From: Anaeramoeba ignava BMAN
Taxonomy: Eukaryota; Protista; Anaeramoebae
Assembly (NCBI GenBank): GCA_028826165.1
Contig: JAPDFW010000107.1
Coordinates: 124,001 to 188,000 of the forward strand
Direction of reading: 5' to 3'
DNA: 64,000 nt
Shown: piece after piece, positions 54,333 to 64,000 of the stretch
Layout of the letters: every line of letters begins with the position of its first letter
How positions within the stretch are numbered: position 1 is the stretch's first letter
Program-made: the position numbers and the translations under genes
The notes under the pieces: generated by a model
Databases searched by the model: none
The model's input: only the letters and a program-made list of their open reading frames with translations
Told to the model about the DNA's origin: nothing

Positions 54333-54699
54333 AATGAAGGAAATAAAGTAAAATTTCTAAAGAAAAATTGATAATAATTATTATTATTTATTCATTCTTA
54401 ATTTATTATTTTTCAATTCCTTTTATTTTAATTTCAAAAAAAAAACACAAATTTAAATTAATTAATTTTGAGTTAATAAAAAATTTAAATTATTCTTTTT
54501 TAATTTTTATCAATTCAAAAACAAAAATTATTTAATTTAACAAATTAATTCTTTTTAACTAATTTTAATTTATTCTTTATTTATTTTTTTTATTCAAATT
54601 TAGGAAACTTTATTTCATTACTTTTCAAAAAAGGAACCAATTGATTTTGAAATTTTCCAAATTTTATTCAAAAAAAGATCTGAATGGAATAAACAAGAT
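54333..54699 (+). pseudogene. Isolated ankyrin-repeat exon (54604-54699) with a possible 15-nt upstream exon; relic of the ankyrin family
   Basis: TAG|ETLFHYFSKKEPIDFEIFQILFKKRSEWNKQD|GT is clearly homologous to exon 62194-62295. A possible AAG|NEGNK|GT exon lies at 54333-54347. Confidence 0.6.
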
Positions 54700-57600
54700 G
54701 TATTTATTTTTATTTAATAATAATAATTAATTTTAAAAAAAATTTAATAATTTTGATTATTTTCAAATTTAAATTTATCAAATTTATTAATATTTATCAA
54801 TATTAATATTAATTTTTATTTTTATTAACAAAAGAAAATTCAATTTTAATTTATTTTAAAATTATTAAATTTTTTTTTCTCAAAATTTATAAAAAATAAA
54901 ATAAAAATCGGGAAGTTTTTCCATTTTATTTTATTTTGTTGAAATTGAAAAAAAAAATGATAAGAGCAGATAATCAACAAATTAAGAATTATCTGAAATC
55001 AATCTCAAATTTATTTTATTTCCCTTTTTTTTTCTGAGATTAAAAATTGAATTATTTCTTTTTCTGATTTTTTATTACAATTTCCTTTTATTATCTTCTT
55101 TTTTTTTTTTTCCCATAAAGAAGATATTTATTTTCTCTGATTTTGATTTATTATTTAAAATAAAAAACAGAATTTAAATTTCAAAAATTAGAAAATTTGT
55201 TTTTCCCAAAATTGAAAAAATTACCCTTAGAAGAAATTCACAATGAAAAAAAAAGAATTACTTAATCTCTTTAATCCTTTTCATTTTTTTTCTGGTTGAT
55301 AATAAAGAATTAATTTTGTGGAAAACATAATTTCAAAATGAAAAATATTTTGAATAAAAACATTTTGATACTTTTCTCAATTTTACATATTTTCATTTCC
55401 TTTTTTTTTTTTACAAAATCAATATCATTATTTCTCCCTTATGTAAGAAGAAGAAGAAAAAAAAATTATATTGAATTATAATATTGAAATTTTGAGATAG
55501 ATTTGAGAGAAAAAGGAAAAAAAAAGATTTTATTTTTTTGAAAATTTCTTTCTTCCTTCATTTAATATAATTATCTTTTCGATATCTTTGAAAAAAATTC
55601 CATTTAAATGAAGTAATAGAACATTAAAGTGATAAAAATTTCATCTTAAGAGATTCTTTGAGTTAAAAAATTCATAATCAAAATATTCTAATTTGTTATC
55701 TATTTTTCAAAAATTTTTATTTAAACATAAAAAAATTTGATGGAGAATTTTCAATTCCTTTAGTTGAATGAAATAATCAAAAAATTCATCAACCAAAAAA
55801 AAACAATCATTTCCATTCCTTTTCTATTATCTCTAAAATAATTTTCAAGTTTTCGAGTTACTTCTTCTTCTTTTTTTTGTTCATTTTTTTTTGTAATTAA
55901 TATTTATTTCAAGAAAACATGAATTAAAATAACAGAAATATATCCTAAATCTAATTAATCTTGATTTAAGATTCAGAAAAAAAAGAATATGAATGAATGA
56001 ATAAATAAATAAATTTTCAATCCTTATTTACAATGAACTTTTAATAAATTTAAGATTAATTTATTTGTATCTTTTTTTTGAAAATAAAGATTGATTTTTT
56101 TTATGTAAATATTTCTTTTCTTTTATTATTGAATGAATTTTTATAAAAATTTGTTTTAAAAGAAAGAAATTTGAATATTTTCAATTCAAAAAAAAATAAA
56201 ATAATAAAAAGAATTAAGATGTAAAATTTGATTCAAACATTTTAATTATTCATATTCTCATTATTTTTGGGATTCATTTAAATCATACTTCAAAATTAAG
56301 GGGAAACAGAAAAAATTATGAAATGAAGAATATCCCTTTTTTTCATCAAGAATTTTATTCTATTTTTATCAACAAATAAATCAATAAATCAATAAATCAA
56401 TAGATTTACGATGAATATTAATTAAGAAAAAAAATAAGAAATAAGAAATAAGAAATAACAATTTTTTTCAGATTATTTGATTAATGTTACTTATTATTTT
56501 GATTTTTGAGAACTTACTTTTCTTCATTTTTTTCTCTTTTTTTTTGATTATCATTTATTTTTTTTTTCATTTTGAATATTATCTTGATTTCTTTTTTTCA
56601 TTATTGTTATTATTATTATTCTCCAAAAATTCATAAAAATTATCATCTTCAATGAAACTTTCAAATATGAAAATATATTTATTTTGTTAATTATTCACTT
56701 AAATATTTGATATTGAAGAATTTTTTATCAGAATTTTTATTTATATTTAAGATATTTCAACTTCTAATCTTCCACTTTTCTTCCATTAATTTGAAAAGAA
56801 AAATATTTTTTATTTTTATTAATCAATTAATTTCCCTCATCTCATACTTTGATAATTTACTTTAATTCATTTTTTTTAAAATTTCTGTTAATTATTCTTA
56901 TAAAAAATGAGGTTCATTAATTTCATCAATTATAAAGAGTAAATTTTACTTTAATTCTGAATAATTAACTAATCAATTAAAAAAACTTTTTAAAAATTTT
57001 GAATAATTGAGAGAGATAAATTATGTATCAATTTTGAGAATAAATAAAAATTCAATAAATCATCTACAAAAGATTTTGGAATGTATGATAATTTTTTTTT
57101 GTAATTTTCAATAAGTATTGGGAAATTGAATTATTATTTTTTTTATGATTTCTTTCATTTATAAGACTATCTGTTAATTGTTTTACTTCCTTTTCTAACT
57201 CTTGATTTATTGATATATCTTCTTTATTCTTTTTTGGATTTGTAAAGAAAATAGATTATATTATCATTATTATTATAATTTTGAAGAGAGATTTTAACAT
57301 GAACAAATAAAATAAAATTGAATAAAATTGAATACATAAAAATTATCCAAAATTTTGAAAAGAAGAGAATTATTCTCTTATTTTTGAAATTAACAATAAA
57401 TAATTTCCCTAATAATTCTTTTATTTTTTTTTTCATTTTTTTCTCAAAGTTTTAATCCCATTTTTTAATCAAAATTCCCAAATAAAAATTTAAATTCAAT
57501 TTTTTTTTTGATTGATTAATTTTTTTTCTCCAGTTGATTTTAATTTAAATAATTAAAGGAAAGATTTATCAATAATCTATTTCAAATAAACAATATAAAT

Positions 57601-57779
57601 TTTTTTTTCATTTTTATTTTTTGAGGAAATTTTTTTATTTAATAAATCAATAAATCTGAATATTGAAAGAATAATTTTCTTTTACAAAGTGAAATAACTT
57701 CAAAAGTGATTCTTTTTCTTTTTTTTACAGAAATATTATTTATTTTTTCATGTTCATATTTTGAAAAGAAAATAAAATA

Positions 57780-60745
57780 CAATAATAAATAATAAATCAA
57801 ATAAACATTATTTTTTTGGAAATATAATTTAATTAAAAAATAATATCAAAATAACAAATTATTATTTTCTAAAATTAAAAATAAAATTAAAATGAAGAAT
57901 AATATTTTTATTTCAAAACCCAAAAATTAATTTATTTTTTTTAAAATTAATTAAATAGAAAGTATTCAAAAAAATCAAAATCAAAATCAAAATCAAAATC
58001 AAAATCAAAATCAAAATCAAAAATCAAAATCAAAATCAAAATTAAAAATCAAAATCAAAATCAAAAATCAAAATCAAAATCAAAATCAAAATCAAAATCA
58101 AAAATCAAAATCAAAATCAAAATCAAAATCAAAATCAAAATAAAAAAAATCAAAATAAAAAAAAATCAAAATCAAAAATCAAAATTACAAATCAAAATCA
58201 AAATCAAAATCAGAATCAAAATCAAAATCAAAATCAAAAATAAAAAATCAAAATCAAAATCAAAAAATAAAATCAAAATTAAAAATTTTCAAAATTAAAA
58301 AATGGAAAAATTAAAAATCAAAAGAAAAAAATCAAAATTCAATTGAAAAAAATCAATAAAAAAGAAAATTAAATGAAAATCAAAAAATTTAAACCTTCAA
58401 AATTAAAATTTTTGAATTTAAAAATAAAAATAAAAAATCAAAATTAAAAATAAATTTAAAAATTAAAAAAAATCAAAATATAAAAATTATTTTTAAAATT
58501 AAAAATCAAATTAAAATGAAGAATAAAATTTCAAAATCAAAAATTAATTTATAAAATTAAAAATCAAAATCAAATCAAAAATCAAAATCAAAAAAATCAA
58601 AATCAAAATCAAAATCAAAATCAAAATCAAAATCAAAATCAAAATCAAAATCAAAATCAAAATCAAAAATAGGATGTAAAATTCAAAAAAAAAGATATTT
58701 TTTATTAAATAAAATCAATATATAAATATAAATCAAAATCCAAAAATAAAAAAGGGAGTAAATATACATAAATAAATTTCAATTTAAAATAAACTTCTAA
58801 ATTAATTAAATTTTTAAAATTAAAAAATTTTTTTTTGGAAAATTTAAAAAACTCAAAAGAAAACACCAATTCATTATTTGATTGAAAATAAATCAATAAC
58901 AAAAGAAATTATTAAATTAATGATTGAAAACAAAGGAATTAATTTAAACCTTCAAGATGTAAATTATTTTTTGAATTTAAATAATAAATAATAAATAAAA
59001 TAAACAATTATTTTCTTTTGGAAATATAATTTAATTAAAAATAATATCAAAATAACAAATTATTATTTTCTAAAATTAAAAATAAAATTAAAATGAAGAA
59101 TAATATTTTTATTTCAAAACCCAAAAAATTAATTCATTTTTTTTAAAATTAATTAAATAGAAAGTATTCAAAAAAATCAAAATCAAAAATCAAAATCAAA
59201 ATCAAAATTAAAATCAAAATCAAAATCAAAATCAAAATCAAAATCAAAATCAAAAATTAAAAATCAAAATCAAAATCAAAATCAAAATTAAAATCAAAAT
59301 CAAAATCAAAATCAAAATCAAAATCAAAATCAAAATCAAAATCAAAAATCAAAATCAAAATCAAAATCAAAATCAAAATCAAAATCAAAAATAAAATCAA
59401 ATTAAAAAATCAAAAAAAATCAAAAAAATAAAAAAAAATCAAAATCAAAAAAAAAAATCAAAAATTAAAATCAAAAATCAAAATCAAAATCAAAATCAAA
59501 ATCAAAATCAAAAATCAAAATCAAAATCAAAATCAAAATCAAAATCAAAATCAAAAAAAATCAAATGTAAAATTCAAAAAAATCAAAATCAAAAACAAAA
59601 AAAATATAAAAAAAATCAAAAAAAAAAAAAAAATCAAAAATAAATAAAAATTTAAAAATAAATAATAAATAAATCAAAAAATTTAAAAAAAATTTTTGAA
59701 AATTAAAAATCAAAAGAAAAAATTAATTAAAAAATCAAAATTTCAAAAACTCAAAAAGAAATTTTTAAAAAATTTAAAAAAATCAAAAATCTTTGAAAAT
59801 AAAATTCAAAATCAAAATAAAAATCAAATCAAAATCAAAATCAAAAAAATCAAAAAAAAATAAAAATCAAAATCAAAAAAAAAAAAATCAAAAATCAAAA
59901 TTAAAATCAAAAAAAAAAATAAAATCAAAATCAAAAATCAAAATCAAAATAAAAATCAAATTTCAAAATCAAAAAATAAAATTCAAAAAAAATCAAAATC
60001 AAAATAAAAAAAATCAAAATCAAAATCAAAAATCAAATTAAAAATCAAAATCAAAATCAAAATCAAAATCAAAATCAAAATCAAAAATCAAAAATAAAAA
60101 ATCAAAATCAAAATCAAAATCAAAATCAAAATCAAAATCAAAATCAAAATCAAAATCAAAATCAAAATCAAAAATCAAAATCAAAATCAAAATCAAAATC
60201 AAAATCAAAATCAAAATCAAAATCAAAAATCAAAATCAAAATCAAAATCAAAATCAAAATCAAAATAAAAAAAATCAAAATCAAAATCAAAATTAAAATC
60301 AAAATCAAAAAAATCAAAATCAAAATCAAAATCAAAAATCAAAATCAAAATCAAAATTAAAATCAAAATCAAAATCAAAATCAAAATCAAAATCAAAATC
60401 AAAAATCAAAATCAAAATCAAAATCAAAATCAAAAATCAAAAATAGGATGTAAAATTCAAAAAGATATTTTTTATTAAATAAAATCAATATATAAATATA
60501 AATCAAAATCCAAAAATAAAAAAGGGAGTAAATATACATAAATAAATTTCAATTTAAAATAAACTTCTAAATTAATTAAATTTTTAAAATTAAATTAAAT
60601 TTTTTTGGAAAATTTAAAAAACTCAAAAGAAAACACCAATTCATTATTTGTTTGAAAATAAATCAATAACAAAAGAAATTATTAAATTAATGATTGAAAA
60701 CAAAGGAATTAATTTAAACCTTCAAGATGTAAATTATTTTCCTTT
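57780..60745 (+). repeat. Direct tandem duplication of one complete ankyrin exon/micro-exon cassette, each copy carrying (AAAATC)n arrays
   Basis: 57780-58975 matches 58980-60745, with near-identical unique flanks and exons (one I/F difference) but different (AAAATC)n lengths. Confidence 0.85.
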
Positions 60746-61361
60746 TTTTATTTAAATTTCAAATAATTTTGAAGCAAAAAGGAAATTTTGATTTTAATTT
60801 GATTTCATTATTAATTTCCTGAAAATATATAAATTAATGATCCATTTCATAATTAATGATTTAATATTTAATTCTTTTATTCATTAATTTATTTATTTGA
60901 AATTTAATAATTAAAATTGAATGAAGAATTATTGAAAAAAAATATTGGTTTTGAATTTAATTTTCAATTCCTTTTTATTTTTTTTTGGAAAATTATTTAT
61001 TTAATTAGAAAGTAAAGAAAATCAATTTCCTTTCATTTTCTTTTTGACAATTTTTTACAATTTCCTTTCAATTTCCTTTCTTTTTGAAAATAGTTTGTAA
61101 AATCAAAAAATCAAAAAAGAAAAAAACATTTTCTAACCAAAATATTGACCTAAATCAATTTAACAAATTAACAAATTAACAATTAACAAGGGAGTAAAAA
61201 AAATCATAATTTAAATTCAAAAAAAAATAAATTAATTTAAAGGGAAAAATAACAAAAAAAAATCAAAATGAAAGAAAACTCCTTTACATTACTTATACCT
61301 CAATCCTTCCGTAACAATGGAGATTATTCAATTCTTGATAGACAAAGGATATTTACAAGAA
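57959..61361 (+). CDS. Ankyrin-repeat gene segment built from one-repeat exons plus 3-nt micro-exons (5' end not seen)
   Basis: Exons in order: AAA 57959-61, GAT 58673-75, GGA 58755-57, 58860-58958, AAA 59161-63, GAT 60447-49, GGA 60525-27, 60630-60728, AAA 61009-11, TTT 61094-96, GGA 61191-93, 61275-61361. Spliced product: KDG-KTPIHYLIENKSITKEIIKLMIENKGINLNLQD-KDG-KTPIHYLFENKSITKEIIKLMIENKGINLNLQD-KFG-KTPLHYLYLNPSVTMEIIQFLIDKGYLQE. Confidence 0.8.
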
Positions 61362-61877
61362 GTAACAAAATTTATGATTTTTTTTCCTTTTTGTTTTAAT
61401 TTTTTTTGAATAAATTTCAATTTCCAAAAAAATCAAAATTAAAAACAAAAACAATTAAAACAAGAAATGAAATTGGAATATAAATATAATTTGAGAATAA
61501 GAAAAAATAAATTTAATTCATGTTTTATTTTTTTAATTAAAATTCCAATTTATTTTTTTCTTCTCTAAATTTTTATTTTCTTTATTCAATTTTTAATAAT
61601 TCTTAATTCAAAATAATTTTTAATTTTAATTTTAATTTTGATTTTGATTTTAATTTAGAATTTTTTTTTTAAAAAATTTCAATTTCTGAAAAGATAATTA
61701 TTAATATTCCTTGATAATTTGAAATAAAATTATAAGAAATGATAATTATTTATTTACAAAATTTAAAATTAATTTTCTTTTTCTTTTTCATTTGATTTTG
61801 AAATTTTTCTAATCATTTCCATAATAAATTGCAAATTAAAATCAAATTTTAACACATAAAAATTTACAAATTTGAAG

Positions 61878-62577
61878 ATCAATCCTGTTGAAATTGAAAA
61901 GGAATTAAAGCTCTTGGATGATGAATTTAACAAATCATATTATGTAATTCAAACAAAAACAAAAACAAAAACAAAAACATTTTTAATTTAATTTATTTTA
62001 ATTTTTATTTTTAAAAAATAAATTTAGAAAAAGGAGGTTTGAATTATTTTTTTGATTAAAATTAACAACAATTAGTTCTTTAATTTATTAACTCATTTTT
62101 ATTATTTAAATTATGAATAATTTATTTTAATTCATTTATTTTTTGAATTATTTTGTTTTTCCAATATTAAATTTAAAAACAAAAATAAAAAAGAATGGAG
62201 CAACTTTATTACATTATTTTGCACAAAAGGAACCAATTAATAAGGATCTTTTTAATCATTTTATTAATTCAGGAGCTGATTGGAATAAACAAGATGTAAA
62301 ATAATATAAAATTTTTCAATTTAAATTATATTTTTATTATTCAAAAACAAAAACAAAAACAATTAAATTAAATTATTTTATTTAAATAATAAATAAATAT
62401 CAAAAATAATCAATTTTTATTTTAAATTGAATAATATTAAATTATTTATAATAGAAAGTAAAAATAAATCAAAATCAAAATTTACTTTTTTTTCTTCTTT
62501 TTCTTTTTTTTGAAAAAAATGAATTATTTATTGAATGAAAATTTGTTTTTATTTTATTTTGAAAAAAAAAATAGTAT
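61878..62577 (+). CDS. Further ankyrin-gene exons (continuation or a second paralog) with 9-nt and 3-nt micro-exons
   Basis: Exons 61878-61943 (INPVEIEKELKLLDDEFNKSYY), 62028-62036 (KKE), 62194-62295 (NGATLLHYFAQKEPINKDLFNHFINSGADWNKQD), AAA 62455-57 and TAT 62575-77 are all AG/GT-flanked and phase 0. Confidence 0.65.
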
Positions 62578-64000
62578 GTAAAAATAAATTTTTTTGTGAT
62601 TTTTCTTTTGAATAAAAACAAAAACAAATTTCCCAAATAAAATAATATTTATTTAGTTCATTTGGAAAAAAAATAATCTAAATTTAATTTAATTTAATTT
62701 AATTTAATTTGAAATTGGGGAAATATCAAATAAGATTTTGATTTTTGATTTTATTAAGAAAATCATAAGTGAGATTTCTACATGTTTTTTTTGTGTTTTT
62801 TTGAAGTAATTTTGATAAAAAGAAAATAAAAGGAAAATGGAATAATTCATTTTTAAATTAATTTTTATAATCATATTCTATTTAATCTTTCAATTAAGAA
62901 TAATTTATCAAATAATCTGTATAATATTCTGATTATTCTTTTCATTATTTTGATTCTAACTCTAATTCTGATATCTTTGTTAATTTATATTTCCAAATAT
63001 TCTTTGTATCCTTTCTTAGATTTATTTTCTTTGTTATAATTTATTTTCTTTGAATTTTTCTTTCTTCTTTGAATTTGTTTTTATTTTTGAATTTGTTTTT
63101 ATTTTCAGAATTATCCTTATTATTTATCTTATTAATTTTATTATCATTATTGAATTTGATTTTGAATTTGATTTTCTTCATTATTTCTCATTTTCTATTC
63201 ATCTTTCTTATATTATATTCTATTTCCCATTAACTATAAATTATGATATAATTTCAAATATCTTCTGAATATATTCTATTGTTGTTTATTTTTTTCATAT
63301 ATTTACCTTCTGTTAATTTCTTTTATTAGTTTTTTTTGTTTATTTATTTAATTGAATGAATTGATTTTTATTCATTTATTTCTTATTTCTTGATAAATTT
63401 AATATTTACAAATAAAGAAAATAATTTAATATTTCTTTTCTTTTCTTTAAATAACATATATATATATATATTTCATATTATTATTTTTTCATTTAATAAG
63501 TATATTTATTGATTCCATTTATGAAAATTATTAATTTTAGAAGAATAATATTTTTGATATTTTAGATATTTTTATTCTTTGATTTTTTTTTGTTTATAAT
63601 TTAATTATTTCTAAATAAGTTATTTTTTTTCTATCCTTGATTCATTCTAATTTATTTTTATCTTTCTAAAAATAAATATTCTTTGAATTATTTTGAAATA
63701 TTTTGTATTCCTTATTTCTATCTTATTTATAAATATTGAATATAATTTCTTGAATTAAGATTTTCTAATTTTATTTTAATTTTTCTATTATTTTTCTATC
63801 TTCTTATATTTATTTGAATTATGAAATTAGAAATGTTTATTTCATTCAAAAAGTCAAAATATATGAATATAAATTAATTTTTAAATAAACTTGATTTAAT
63901 ATTTTTATTAACCATTAAATTTATTCTTTGATATTATTTCTTTTTATTAATAATAATAATAATATTAGGAGTTTTTGTTACATAATATAATTATGTAAGA

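Noticed and set aside
59555-59580. Additional micro-exon at 'tcaaatgtaaaattc'
   Set aside because: It resembles the AG|GAT|GTAAAATTC site but lacks the AG, and it lies in low-quality repeat consensus, so I did not count it.
57965-60445. (AAAATC)n / (GATTTT)n as telomeric repeat
   Set aside because: It is internal, imperfect and located inside introns, and the same hexamer occurs in coding QN tracts and UTRs.
1-64000. Inteins, transposases, reverse transcriptases, tRNA or rRNA genes
   Set aside because: I recognised no Hint, LAGLIDADG, DDE or RT motifs and no structured GC-rich RNA genes by eye. tRNAscan or Infernal would be needed to exclude small RNAs.

Overview
This is extremely AT-rich eukaryotic (protist) nuclear DNA with GT-AG spliceosomal introns and the standard code. 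The RCC1-BTB expansion, EN/QN hexamer tracts and TCATTTT pre-ATG motifs suggest an Anaeramoeba-like metamonad, but that is inference only. The first 40 kb is gene-dense. It holds EPG5, three tandem RCC1-BTB paralogs, an ARM-repeat protein, a PH/coiled-coil/RUN protein, translin, CHFR, BAG6, a CARMIL-like LRR protein and an HR1/SH3-like/RasGEF protein. Many introns here are inflated to 0.3-3 kb by simple tandem repeats. Several single frameshifts, mostly in homopolymers, look like assembly errors. The last 24 kb is gene-poor, with three satellite arrays (units of about 145, 315 and 160 bp), a RING-kinase-ARM gene and decayed coding relics. The main finding is an ankyrin-repeat locus at 57.9-62.6 kb that the ORF track misses. 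There the beta-hairpin residues between repeats (D|K|x|G|xTPLH) are each encoded by a separate 3-nt single-codon micro-exon (AG|NNN|GT). I count 11 of these, and the middle residue varies (D, D, F, Y). All exon boundaries were read by eye and phase-checked; none has transcript support here.
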